Assembly (NCBI GenBank): GCA_044892525.1
Contig: CM097885.1
Coordinates: 48,238,001 to 48,302,000, forward strand
Source of the DNA: Schmidtea polychroa
Lineage: Eukaryota
Length of the DNA: 64,000 nt
Direction of reading: 5' to 3'
Shown here: one piece after another, positions 1 to 37,300 of the stretch
How positions within the stretch are numbered: position 1 is the first letter of the stretch
Layout of the letters: each line of letters opens with the position of its first letter
Position numbers and translations under genes: made by a program
Notes under the pieces: generated by a model
What the model saw: the letters and a program-made list of their open reading frames with translations, nothing else
Told to the model about the DNA's origin: nothing
Database searches by the model: none

Positions 1-600
1 ATATAAAACCTTGCATTCGTATGCACTCTTTTAAATACAAATTAAAAAATTTTTAATTCAAAATTTTCTACATTTAAATTTTATTTCTGCACTCCTTTAC
101 ATAAGTCCGACAAGTTCAATGACTATTTTCAATTTCTTTAAACTAAATAATTTTCAAACTTTTATTTAAATTTATTTCTGCAATATTTGATATTTTTGAA
201 CTTTTTGAAAATAAACATTATGAATTTATTTTATAATTCAATGCAACTAATCATCCTGTATTCCTGTTGAACATGCAGGAAACTGATTGGGAAACAAAAC
301 AGCGATCCAACAAAATAACTATACAATTTATTTCTGTATTGTTTTGCTAAATTGAAATAGGGAATTAGATGATATCTATTAAATATAAACATGGCAATGC
401 GATTTCTAATTATCAAAATTGAACCCGGAAAATTCTGAAACAAAGTAGTCAATTTTATTATATGAGAACGGACATGAAATTAATATTCAAATCGTTCACA
501 TAACACCGAATATTTACAATTATTGGAATAAACATTATAAAATAAGTATTCATTGTCTTTTCCCAAACTTAAAAATGTTATTATCATTATTATTACTAAT

Positions 601-606
601 ATTATA

Positions 607-691
<85 letters not shown>
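601..691. repeat. (ATT)n microsatellite
   Basis: Seen directly; similar tracts at ~6577-6660, 10288-10386, 24688-24790, 25305-25463, 42570-42633, 57758-57850. Confidence 0.95.
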
Positions 692-693
<2 letters not shown>

Positions 694-2936
694 ACTTAAT
701 ATTTTTAAATTTTATTCACTTATCTCGGAATATAGTTTAAAAAATGTAACTAAAATTCATAGTGAGTAAATTAAAAATTCTATAAAATCAATAATATTTT
801 TTGTTTTGTCATAAATTTAAATGACAACCGATTGGCAAAAATGTCAAATTTCTATTCGTTATAAATGTTGATATTACAAAGGTTTGCCAAATAATAAAAA
901 TCGAAAAATACAGTTGAATATAATTATCTGATTGGTGCGATAATATATCAAATCGTAATTGTTTGCTTTTGTTAATTATTTACTATTCATTATTTACTCA
1001 TCATTTTGAATGTTTTTTTATATTCATTGTGCAAATATCTGTTGGTGCAGATTATGCGCTGCACAAAAACTGCACTTCTGGCACATTTTTATTATCGATG
1101 AGTTTTTTTTATTTAAAATTTTTTCCAAATTACCACAAACTAATTTCCTATTTGATGGAAATTTTGTAAAATTTTTAAACTGGAAATTTATTTTCATATT
1201 TTTTTTATAAATGTTTTAAAAGTAAAAATGCATACTAGATAAAGATTTTTTATTATTAACTAACAATTAATTAATACAATTTTTATAAGTACCAATCCAA
1301 TTTTCGACTGAGCCTTTTTCAACACGTTATTTTTTAAGCGCGGGATATTCAAAACAAAATGGAAATTTTTTTTCAGCAAGAAAAAATAATTAAAATAAAA
1401 TTTTAAAAAAATAATTGAATTTCAAAAGAGTTAAGTTAATTTATAAAATATTAAATTTGAAATTATAAAAATGTTTAGCTCTATTTATAGGATTTTCTTT
1501 GACATTCTATTAAACTCACATTATTGTTTGAAGGTTCTTTGATAATGAAAAAAATGTATACCGTAAATATTTATAATGAAAGCACAAGTCTTGGTATTTT
1601 TAAATGAAAATTTCCTGGGCTCATACAGAATCAAACTCATCGAATATTAAAAATGTACGGTTTAATTTGGTCATGTGAGGTAATAGTCAAAACCCTTAAT
1701 TATCTTTGCAAGAAACTGCCTGTGTGACACCTTTTTCTTAGTACTCATTCAATGTTTATTACTGTAAAAATTTTTAGAATCTTCAACAATAATTAAAAGG
1801 AAAACTTCATGTTAGTCGACTTTCAGAAGTCATAAAAATAAGAATATTGAAATATTTATTATTTGAAAATTTTTGTACTTTGATTTAATTTGTAAAACTT
1901 GAAAAATCTTATAAAAATAATTATTCAAATTACTAAATTCCCAGTTTTGTTAATTATCAAATTTCAAATAGTCATTTTAACGAATCTCCTATAATTGCTT
2001 TGCCAGCAGTTTCTTTCCCATAGTTTTATTGCCGTTATTATATATTTAAATTCCTCCAAAGAAACATAATTCTATTGAAATTTTATCTACAGCAAATTAG
2101 ACAAATTCAATGGTAAACTATAACAGTAAGACTTATTGTAAGTGATTCAACAATGTTTTAATTGCAAATTTATGGAGAAAAATAATCTTCAGTCAAACAA
2201 GTTTTCATGATAAATATAAACAATAACAGCTTACAAAGCAAATGAGCTGAGTAACTGGTGTAAATTTGAACTTGAAAATGCCATTAAAAAATTTCAAACT
2301 TTCTCTTGAATATTATTAAACAACTCAAAAAACACAATCGATCACAGTAAAACAAAATATTTAATAAAATAAAATTTATTGAGATCTGGTGCCAAAACAC
2401 ACAAACATCAAGAAATTCGGTTGTACTGTCAACATAGAATATGAATGTGTGTTTAGCACAAAATTCAGCATGCATACAACGCCGACACGCATAGGCACAC
2501 AAGCACTAGAAAATGTCTAATAGTAGAATTCAATCGAATGGATTAGAAACTCATTGTGTTACACATGCCAGTATTTTGAAATAAATTTAAATTCGTTTGT
2601 TTTACCATCTTCAATAATATTAGTTCTAATAGTATTAATAGAATTGTAGAATTTCAAACGAAATCTGATTGGTTGTCAACAATTGAGTGTATCATGTTGT
2701 AATAATTTTAATGACCAGCAAAATACAATTTTTGGAATCATACAATTTCTTCGATTCTGAATTTATAAATTGTTCAAGAAAATAAAATAGAAAAATGCGG
2801 CACGATACGATAAATGTATGAACTGGAAATTTTAGTTGTTTTATCTTTTAATTGAAAATTTAAAACGAAAAATAAATTACGAATCTTTCATTTCAATTGT
2901 AAAACGTTTTTCATTATTCACTGTCTAACTTTCCAG

Positions 2937-25029
<22,093 letters not shown>

Positions 25030-25304
25030 AAGCAAAAATGATAGTTCAGATTCCTTTGATATGATAGAGTTGAAACTCATTATTTTAAAAACAATTACTG
25101 TGTTTTATCGATGGTTTATTGTAATTTCGATAAAATCGTAATGTTACTGTTATTTTAAGATGTTAAACCCTACATAAATGTATTGAACTTCCTGTATCTT
25201 TATGTAGAAATTATTAGACTAGTTTATTGTCGATTTATACATTGAGTATCAAACATTAGAAGGGAACTGAGAGTAACAACAATAACAACAACAACAACAA
25301 CAAC

Positions 25305-25358
<54 letters not shown>

Positions 25359-25359
25359 C

Positions 25360-25465
<106 letters not shown>

Positions 25466-28387
25466 CTAAAGATTTAGTGTGGAAACTTGTGCATTCAAAA
25501 ATCAATACTATGATTTGGTAGTCTTCAACCTTCAAATTGTTGGGATTCGTATTAAGTAGCTCAAAAGAAATGTTGACTTGCAATTAAATAATGAAAATCG
25601 AATCTTTTGAATCTTTTCGACCCTTTCTAATAAATTCATTATCACCATGATCTATTTCCATGTCTGATCTATACCTGGCCCGTTTTTCAAATTCAAATTT
25701 CGTAGTTTATTGATTTTCTATAATGTCGCATTCTTCGTCATTTAGTTTTTAATTATAGCATTTTTTATTGATTCCAAAATTATTACTTTTAAAGATAATT
25801 AAGTCTTACAAACTCAACACTTGAAATATTCAAAGACTTCACCACCTTCATAAATTTAGACTCTTATGTAACTCGTAAAACTTTCTGAAGATGCTGGCAA
25901 AAGCTTACACTCCTTATCTACTTAAGTTTATGCATAATAATAATAATAATTGGGTTTATTGGATCAGTTAATTTCAACAATTACATCTCTGACTCCAAGC
26001 GTGTTTTATCAATTCACAAATTTACAAATTAGAAAAAGATAACCTTTATTAATAATCAAAATAGATTGTACAAGTTGCAATTACAGCCAATCAACTTTAG
26101 CATAGACAATTATCCAGACCTTATTATGTTGGGGTTGGATCCGATAAAACGATAGCCATAAGGGCTAATTAGCATAAAATAATAAGTAGAATAAATAAAA
26201 ATTACTAAAAATAGCATAAATATAATAATAGTATTATATAATTATTTAAAATAAATTATATATAAAAATAGTATATTTAAATTACTATATTTAGATAATA
26301 TACTTTAGATAATATACTTATTATAGTAATTAATAAAATAATACAGTGAGATTAAAATCAATAACGATTAAAAGCTTTATTCGGGAATAGCACCAACTGT
26401 TGTTAGAAGGGGACAATAACAAAATTCGTAAGAATTAATTGAGGTAAAATTGCAATAACACCAGCTGTTGATTGAATCAGTATCGAGGAAATCGAGAAAA
26501 TAATAAACAAGGAAGCTTTATCAGCTTAAAGAAAAATTCATAGAATTTTAACCATAAGGTTATTTAATTCTATTTATTTGTAAATTTAAAGGGTGATCGC
26601 ACACCCGAGCACGAGAAGCAGCATTTCGGTCTGTCTTGCTCGTTGGGATAAATATTAGAGAGAATTTTATTAGGAACGTTAAATCCCCTTTGATTTAATC
26701 GATCGCGTAAATTTCGGGAAACACCCTCCTGCTTGATACATTCTTTATACAGCGCTGAGAAGCAATAAAATCAACATTTATTCCTTATCTGAGGATGGTT
26801 TCTTTGCTTTAGTATTTAGCGGCATTTTTGGGAAACACAATTAATGAATTGTATATTTGTGCATATTAAATATATCTTTGAAATCATAAAAGTCTTAAGT
26901 CAATTCATATATTTATTTATATTTACACGCACATATATTTATATATCTTTAGAGTCAGATATATCATTCTGTGTTAGGAAATATCTTATCCACCAGACCA
27001 GAACCTAACAATTACGTCACTGCGTGAAGAATAGGTCTCCGTGTACAATTCGTCAATAACAATAATTATCACTAATCGTCGATCGATTTAATCACAGGAA
27101 TACATTACTCGATTGCTCTATTGTTTTGACCACAATTAACCACTCCTTTTCCACCTCTATATTAGGTTTAAAAAGATTCTCGTTACCCACTCAATCAACT
27201 GCCTCTTCTTGATTCTGAACTCTTTTATTCAACTTTTTAACTCTCCTTTTAATTCTTCTTTTAACTCCTTTTTTAAATCTTTTCTAACTCCGTCTGGTCT
27301 CGGTATCATTCCCTTTTATAGTTTGTTACATTTGTCACCATTTTTTTATTCTAGTATATCAGAAACTTATTTAAGCGTAGCTACATGCTCAAGATATATT
27401 TGATAACTGGATATCACTGCTGGCTTTTACTGATATTTTCTAGAGTTTTTATTTCACTTTTGTTTAGTTTTATCTTTTTCAATGAATTTTTTCAATAGGG
27501 TACCAACAATCAGAGCAGACATAGTTGTTTTGAATTTATAGATTTTTCCCATTTGATCGCCAATATCTTTATATTTTTGAAAATTTCAATCTCCGACCTT
27601 ATTAAAATTTTCTTTGTCATCGTAAGGCGCCTTTAGGTTGAGAACGTGATATAGGCTATTTCTTTTTGGTTGTATTACAAATTCAACGTTAGAGTTGTAT
27701 CGATCCCTTCAGGCAGCATTTCAACATCAACTTCTAAACCTACAAATATTAAATATTCCGACACTGCTTTCAAAACATTCGTGTGTTTGCTTCATCTCGC
27801 ATTTCTTTTTGAAAAGGCTCCTAGGACTCCTGAAAGATTTATTCAATTGCGCCAATTTTTACCCTATTTCTGAGTCCGCTGGATACTTATCCCAGAGCAC
27901 TGGGCCCAAGTTACACCGCACGGTTGGTGTGGACCCTTCTAATGACTCTTGACCAGAGGTTTCATATCCAGACTGGATATGGTAACCAAGAATTGTAATT
28001 ATCGATAAAATAAAAATTCGTCGTTCAAAATCATATTCATTTGGGAATTTATGGAAAAACATTATTAAATAAATAAATATTACCAATAATTTTTCAAAGA
28101 ACCACAGATGATATATGAAATTTTTCTGAAGAAAAATGGCGAAAAGTTGAAGTCAACCTTTAACACTGTTAAGTATTATTTACGACTCACACTTCCCAAC
28201 AAAATATTTCCTGATCATTTTAAAATATAGATTAAAATAAATTAAAATTTTCATTAAAAATATTATTAAAGAAAATTTCAAAATTAAATTATATATTTTC
28301 AACATTATTTAGAACTTTAATAAATAATTTTCAATTTTTGTTTTACTGTATTAAATTTATATAGTTGAAAAGTCATATTTTTCAAAA

Positions 28388-31300
28388 ATGTCTGAAAGAA
28401 AAGTAATTAATAAATATATATATTATATGAATGATCTAGATATTTTAAGGCCAAAGCTTTATTCGATTATAGTCCTAGATCTGAAATAGAAATTGAAATC
28501 TATGCAGAAGAAATTTTAATCATTATAGAGTCAGATATTGGCGATGGCTGGTCGAAAGGTCGAAATACTAGAGGCGAAGAAGGAATGTTTCCTTCAAATT
28601 ATTATGAACTGATAAGGTAACCCATATTTGAAATTATCAGGTTTTAATATTTATTTATTATCTATTATGAATTTAATAAATTATTCTTGTATCAGAATAG
28701 GAAATGGGGAGGGATTATAGATTGGAATTATAAATCATTGCATAAATGCTCAATTTAGAATAACTTCATTTTTTCGTTCTTTTTATCTCTCTTTAAGGCC
28801 TCGTTCGTTAATTTAACAGCTTCCTTTTGTAATTCACCTTAAGGATCAACTTAAAAAATGACTTGATTAACTTGGAAAATATTACTTTTTGTCAATCCTG
28901 GAAACTTATTATCCTATAAATATCATTAATTCTATCTAATGAACAATGAGTGCTTCCAATTTGCAGAAGGAAAAAATGTTCTAGGCAATTATTTCAGTTA
29001 ATAAATAATTTAATATTTTCAAATCTCTTAAATCATTCAACTACTTTTTAATAAAATTTTATAAATAATATTAATGTTTTTATCTTCATTTTAGGCTATA
29101 GGCCTGTGTGTTAACTTATATTTAATTTGTTCTTAAAGTCTGAAAGAATGAAGATAAATGAAATCGAAAATAACAAATGAAATTTGAACAAAATAATATG
29201 CAATTACCATTCAAGTCTTTCCCTGTATAGTTGTAAGTCAAAGAAAGAATTGTTTATATTTTGAGTTTCACAATTTTTCATGTTTAAGGTTTAACAGTTG
29301 GTTTCTACTAAATATCTATAATTGAGGTAGCCGTATTATTTTTTTTTTGCAACTTAAATGATATTAGTAAATTTAATTAAATGGTAGTTTCTAATAAATA
29401 AACATGTTTTGTAACCAACATCTTCTTTTCTTCTTGTCAATAAATTGAACAGTTTTATTAATATCCTTCCACGGAAAATGTAATATCATTTGAAGATAAC
29501 CCCATAGATATCGTTTTGTATGATCAGCCATTTAATTTGAAAGTGGGAAAAGCCTATTTTTTGTTAAAATGACGTATTTAAAGATTTTCGGTTCAAGCTT
29601 TTTGTGCTTTTGCAGTTATATGTAATGTAAATTAAAAATGCCTGCAAAAAATAAAATGTTTGAGCATGTACTTTATGAATCACAGAAAAAAATAAATCTT
29701 TTCAAATTACCGCAACGTAAAATGTTGTAATGCGAAGTGTGGATTTTAGTGTTGGCTAGCAATCTCTCAGTTCAACACAATTATGCAAGTGTCAAACTCA
29801 TCACAATATTTATCATCAAATTTACAATATCAATTTCAATGAGAAAATAAATTTAAAATGGGAGGTTCTAGTTTTATAGTTCACCCACTGACGTAAAATT
29901 TCCTAGTGTGCTTTTGTACGCATAAATCATATGTATTTAGTATTACCTCCAAAATTAATTAATGAGTTATTTAAAATAAGACCTACATTTCTAATTCAGT
30001 ACGACCCTATTTATTTTCACAGATTTACAATGAAACCTTACATTTCGAACTTATTTTTATAAATTAATTATTTTTAAAGTTCACATGAAACTGAATGTTC
30101 TCCAGTTCACAATGACTCAGATAAAGATTCCTTTGGCAATGATTGGAGTGAGTCCAAGGTTACTCAAAACAGACAAGTTGAAATAATATATTTAGTGAAA
30201 TTTATGTTTTAAGTTCTTTTCAGAGAATGAATTCACAAATATCATTATGTTCCTATTCATCAAGTATAGTAAGTAGTGGAAGAGTGCCTAGGTAAAGAAT
30301 TAAACGATCTCTTTGCATAAGAAATTTATTTTGTATTAAGTTCATTTCAAAACTTTTTATTTGGTAACAAAACTGTTGCAGCAGATATCGAAGCTGAAGT
30401 CGAAGTAAATTTAATTGTAAACATATTTTCATATAAATTTAGTTAATGAGGAATATATGTTTTTGTAAAAATGAAATAGTTATGTTGGTTATGTAAGTAA
30501 CTAAATTATTTATATATTTCCAATTCGGTATTGTTTATTAAAATATAATTTATAGAATTCAAATCCTTTAAAAGATGAGTCTGATTTAACTGATGACCAG
30601 GCAAAAAATCAAAGTATTTATGGGATGACATAAACAACTAATTTTTTAATGGAATATTTGCAAAAGTCATGTTAGGATATTGAATATTCGGTGGTGTGAT
30701 GGATGAGAATTGAAAGAGGCTGAGGACTGGGTGAGAGACATTGAAGAATAGTTATAAAAGAATGAATGCTGAGTGACGACCTATACAGTTGATATCTTAT
30801 TAGTTGTGGAAGCAAAAATTTTAAATTCCTAAAGCTAAGAAATGGTTTCAAAACAATTTTACTATTGCCAAATCAATGACAGGTAAAATCAAAGAGTATG
30901 GAATTTTGGAACAAGAAAATAAGAGTGATTCGAAAAGTAGGAAATTAGATTAAAAATACATGTAGATTATGAGCAAAGTGAAGACCAGAGGAAAAGCAAC
31001 TATACAAGATTTTAGAAAAAGAAATTGAATAAACTAGGACGCCATAAAACCTTTATGATGATTAATGGAAACTGTAAAATAGGACGTCACTATTGACGTG
31101 ACTTAAAATAGATAAATGAATACTTAGTACGAAATGCAATATATAACATGTACATCAACACCAATAATATGACGAGAAATACCTAAAAACCTCTATCAAT
31201 CAATGACTGACACTGAAATGACACTAAAACAATATCTACCATCAAAATGAAAAATATTATGGCGACGTTATTAAAAAATTGGAAATATATTCCGCTAAGA

Positions 31301-34300
31301 ATAAAAATTCAAAATTCTCTAATTAAAAATATTTTTAGAGCTCGGCGGTTGTTTCAGAAACATGTAATCTTTTTTTAAATTTAGGAGCTTTGAAACTTTG
31401 AATCCGTCATTCCCTTCGTGACTGTATAACATTTTAAGCGTACTAATAAAAGATTCAATTTTTTGTAGATGCAAAATAATGACTTTCATCTAATTAATTT
31501 GGTTCGGTGTAAATTTAATAAATTTACCATCAAGTTTTTTGAAAACTAAATTTTTATTAATTTGAATAGTTAGGCATTAAATAAATATACAAGATTTAAC
31601 ATTTATTTATTCAATTTTCAAACTTAATTTGTTTCTTCTCATTAAAACAAATCGATTGTGACGAAAATAATCTGAATAATAAATGATACAATTGACAATA
31701 AATAACGTATATTGATAATTATAATACTTTATTATAAGATTAATTAAATGTTAGTTCCATCCTTACAAATACTATGAATGTAATCAAATGTTTTAAAGTG
31801 ATATTTAATGCAATTTCTAATAGAATATTATTTTCGATCTTATGTGGATGTTGTAAGTAGTTCCAAAACTCCTATTTAAAAAAAATGTAGTATGATATTA
31901 TTTAGTATGTAGTATGATAGTAAATTATATGTTATATTAAATTATATTAAATTATTTTAAATTTACTTTACGACAGATAGTTTGCATCAATATTAATAAT
32001 TACCACGCCTCAGCTGTTAAATGTCCAGAAAATACGAGAATATTTAAAATTGTAATTTATGTATAAATGTTGGGAAAAGATTTCTATTTAATTGCGTCTA
32101 ACAGTTGTTTTTGGTATTATACTTGAAACTCGAACCTGTACTGAATCGAATCCAGTAACTTTGTGAACAGGCACCAGAATCTTATCGTTCCACCATTTTG
32201 ATACATCAAATATCAAAGTTTATGTACCATTTTCTTACGCACTGGTAAGGCATCCAGTACCGGACCATTTTTCCAGAACCGGGATTTCGGTACTGAATTT
32301 TTTTGATCCCAGTTTTTCCTTCAGCCGAACGGCTAAGTTACTGCTGCCCAGATGATTTGTCATGAATGAAATCGTTGTGTCAGCTGACAACAGTGTTGCG
32401 TCACGACGACAAAGTGCTTCCACAGCTAACTTTACTGGTTCAAGCGTTGTTACCAAATTTCGAATCATGTTCAGTTCTTCTTCAAATGAAATACTTGAAC
32501 CAAGATCAATCAACGATTTTAAAATGCAGTTTTTAACTTTAGGGAAACTTTCCAGCATAGAAAGAAGACTGTTCTATCGTATCTTAACATCAATCATCAA
32601 CTGAATTTCTTTACCGAATTCTGCTTTGATGTATTTCTGGTGAATGTTGTTTTTTGTCGGAGATCGACGAAATAGCTTGGCAACAGACCGTACTTTACCG
32701 ATGAATACATAAAGCTCATCCGTAAGTTCTGGCTCATCTTCTTTGCAAACAATTTGAAATCCGTCATGTTCATCTTCGTTGTCTGAATCGCTGTCATCGT
32801 TATCATCAACCTCTTCAATTGAGATGTATGTCATGTGCTAAACATAGTTGTTCCACTTTTACCATTACAGGGCACCATCCGTCACGGTGCATACAATATC
32901 TTCGTGTAAATTTAATCCGAAAAACTCCAGCTTTTCTTCAATAAGTTTTATGCAGCTTTCTGCCGGCAAAGATCCACGCACTCGAACCAATTCTAAATTC
33001 CAAAATTTATTTTGAATGTGCACATTTAGATTCAAATATCGACGGTTCTTGAATGAAATCCATTCGTCAAAGCTGATGGTGAATTTCTTCCGACACTTCA
33101 AGCTAAGTAATTCAAGCCTGTATTTTTGCTGAATCATTCGGCCAAACTTCATGACCATGGTCCGAATAGTAGTAGCTGATTATGGTACGTCAAATCCATA
33201 AGCTGACAATGATTTTTGTTCCTCCACCGATATTATAAAAAAGCTGAATGGTAAGCCATCGGAGGCTGTCATACGGGCTAATACTGCTTCCAGAGAGCTA
33301 TCGTGATGAACAACAAGATAATCAGTGATAAATCTTTTACTCGTAGAGGCTTGTAGGTCATTGCGTTTTGCTGGTGGTACTGGTAAAGTGTCAGAGGCTG
33401 GTCTTTTGACCTGATTTATCACGATGGAGTGAGTTGCGATGTCATTTTCAAAATTTTATGACATTTTTTACACTTGGCCGACTCACCTGATTTAGCACGT
33501 AAAAAATATTCCCACACACGAGTTTTTTCAATCAGATTTTGGCTACATTCTGCAAAATTTGGATGTTGTTTTTTTCAGACATGTCTGTTCCCTGCTGAAT
33601 ATAAGAAAACGCAGTTACATAATATTCATCTTGTCAAGTTGATTAAATATTTACATACCCTTTCGCCAAACAATCAAAAGACAAGCAATTAAAACCATTA
33701 ATAAAATCGAATAAATGAATAAATATTAAACTTCACACTCTCATAAATGGTGAGTCATCCACTGATGCACACACTAACATGTATTATAGAAACTTTTATA
33801 TTTTGGATTTAGGTGTATTCAAGAGTATCCATGTCCATTTTTTACTCTCATGTCATTCATTTAGGAAGTTTCATTCTCATTTGCCGTAAAAAACTGTATA
33901 GAAATTATTCATTAAAATAAGCATTAATAACAACATATTTATCGAGGGTGTATTGCGTTGGCGTTGATTTATATTGTTTCTAGTGCGCATGTTCTAATGG
34001 TAGACAATATTTTTAAATATTGATGTTTAGCACAACTTTTTTAATTTTCGGGTGGTAATAAGTATTTTGTAGACCTAATTCAGTGATTTATCTAATTATT
34101 TAAATAATAGATGCTGAAAAAAGGATCCTCTGAAATTTACCAATGGAAACAGTTTGGAAATTGCCATACTTGTAAAATAGAGTCTTATAAAGTTGATTCA
34201 AATTTTAATGGAATTAAAACTTTCGTGGATTACGAAATAACATCATCGGTAAGAAGTCGTTTTTATTCTTTATGAAGATTGCAAGGCACAATTTTCATTT

Positions 34301-37300
34301 TATTTAATTTTATAATATAAAAATATTAAATTCCTTTTGTTTAAACTTTCAATATTAACAATATTAGGAGAATATCTTTACAAATAGAATTCAAAAATCC
34401 AATGTCTTTTATAAACTATTAGCTGAAGTTATCGGGTTTTTAATGGAGGTGAAGCAATTAAGGGTTGACTAAGGTGACCAGATTTTTAGATGGGCAAAGC
34501 GGGACAACTTTGAAGGATGGGGGTAACAAAAATTTTCATATAGAATAAAAATAATATGGTAATATTTTTTGATTTTTAACATAAGTACAATTTATAAATA
34601 TAAAAAATTGTATAATATTTTATTCCTTGACATATTTTTTATTTGAGCGAATTTGTTTCAGTAGATTGTTGTAATTTTTTAAAATATTGTAAAAATCCTC
34701 ACAAGAATTTGTCAAATTATATTTGACACTTAAAATGGCTTTCAAAGTTTATAAATAAAATACCTACCTTAATTTTCTATGGTAAGTAGCAGATTTGTAA
34801 TATTTATTTGTTTAATTAGCTTCCTAGCACGCGGTACGAACACCAAGTGTATCATCTGAGAAACAAATACAATGTAACTGGGTAAGAAAAGCAATATGTT
34901 AGTCTTAGTAGTCCGTAGGATTCTTAGAATGCAAAACAATGATTTTCATAAATATAAAATTTAACTTAATTCTAAAAGTCAGAACCTTTGAAAAATGTTG
35001 CGAGACGCGGGAAAAATCGGGACTCTCCCGCCAAAAGTGGGATGTCTGGTCACCTTAGGGTTGACTATACTTTTTTTGTAAGGAGTCGAAGTTAGACTTT
35101 GTATGCCTAATATTGCTTGGAATTTAAGTAGATTTGGTATAAATTTGGTATAAAAGTAGATAAGGTTAAATTGGGAAAGGTGATGAAAACATTGAACTTG
35201 ATAACTATAATGTACATTTATTGATTTGAGAAATTACAATGAAGCTAAACTGCTATATTAATGCTTAAAGCAACATCCTTTGGTTTTTCCATATGGAGCT
35301 GAAATAAATGTTTTGGAGAATCCACCCTTGAATAGACAACTACTGGGGAAAGCATAGAGATTGTAAATTAATACTATCACACTATGAATTGGTAATAGTC
35401 ATGGCTGGAAGCTAAATCATCTATTAATTTTATTAAAGTTTTTAACATCTTTTTAAATGAGAATTAAATATTTTCCTATTTAAATATTATCTTTAATATT
35501 AATATTATCTTAAAAGGGTAATAATTAAAATAATATAGAAAATTTTAGGAAATATACTTTCGAAAGATAGGATTTAAAAATCAAAATTGACACATTTATT
35601 GAAATATATAAGTAATTATTGGAGGCTTTATTTTAAAATATTTTGAAATGTTTTATTAGGCTTCTAGAAGCTAATTATAGAAGCTTTATAAAAAAATTTA
35701 AAAATTTTTAGTTTGTGTCATTTTTGAAATTTTAAATGGTATTTATTTTATTTCTTTTTTAATTTTAATTTTCAATAAAATTTTAAAAATTTTTAATAAA
35801 AAAATAAAAGAATTCATAACACGAAAGTATATATTATATTTATAACCAATGAGAATTGGGAGAAAGGAAACAAAAGAAAGATTGAAACGTATTTTCGGGA
35901 AGAACATTGCTAAATTCCAGGAGATTGACAAGGACTATCTTATAGTCGAAAATGTTTTCATTAAATACATTATTTGCAACAAAAGGCTTAAATTATCATT
36001 TTATTGTTTTAAATAATAAATGCTGCTACCGAGAAATCATCACTTTATACTAATATTATCTTAAATATTAATTCATTAATTTACTTGATTCAGATTTTTT
36101 CATGGTTTTGCTATTCCGAGTTAATAAATTTTTTTATTGTACATTGACATATTGTTTGTTGTGATGATCACTGTTTTCAATTTAATTATTATTATCTACT
36201 CAAAATTGACTACTATTACATCGTTAAAACATTTATTATCAATTACTATTTTAATTTTAAATTTTTTGCATAGACGAACTTTGTTATTATTTATTAAATA
36301 GATCAACTAATTTGTGTTATTACTTAATTTGCTGAACTAAAACGTTCACATAGATTAATTTGTTTGAGAAACATTATTAATACATATTTAGATACATATG
36401 CTAAAATTATACATCAATTAATTTCTATTTTTAAATGTTTAAAAAGATCGCAATTTAATTAGATCCTTTTAATTAGATCATTTTAATATTTATTCCAGTC
36501 AGTTGCAATTGTACGTGCTTCTTGTAGCTCCTACCATAGTGCTTGAATTTGATGTTCGTTGAAATTAATATAGTTCAAATAAGTTTCATACGCAATTCTC
36601 CGTAAAGGGTTTTAAGATACGCAGATACGAGGAACAGTTTACCCTCATCGTTTAGATTTATGTCCACCTGTACGGGGAAAATTCGCGTTCACGTTTGCTC
36701 GAAGAAACACAAGAAAATACAATACATTTATTTCAAAATTAAAAGATTTCTCGTATTTCTACCGAATCGATCTACAATACACGCCTCGTTTCAGTTTTCT
36801 TGCCTTGTAACGTTTTACCGGTCGGCTTGGCGGGATTCTCGGTTGATTTGCTCGCTCGTTTCATTGGTGGAAAAGAGTTCCACCAATTTCAGTGGATTGA
36901 TTTGTTTTACCATATTTTCGTCGATCTCGTGATGGTTGATCTGGGAAACAATCTGTCTCGTCTTAATCTTCAGAGGTACGAGTTCTACTTGGTCTTCGGC
37001 ACTCTGTATCTGCAATTACTGGATTTGTTAAAGGCGCTTTTTCATTTATTCAGAAGTCTTCCATCTCAGTTTACTGATATTTAAGTTTTTCGATCCTGGT
37101 CTGTAGGATCCCGACCAATTGCATGGCCGCTTCTCTGTCCGTTCGCATACTTTTCATTAGCAGTAACACTAAACAAAGACAGGAGAAAGAATCTAGAAAT
37201 CGAGAACTAGGATAATCATTTTATTGTTTTAAATAATAATAATAATAATAATAATAATAAAGTGATAATTTAAGTTTTTTGCTGCGAATAATGTATTTAA

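Noticed and set aside
2513..2584. Possible first coding exon MSNSRIQSNG...
   Set aside because: No convincing in-phase donor to 2937; cannot be decided without cDNA.
25878..25912. Hammerhead-like CTGAAGA...AAAG motif
   Set aside because: The conserved GAAA and stems I/III are missing.
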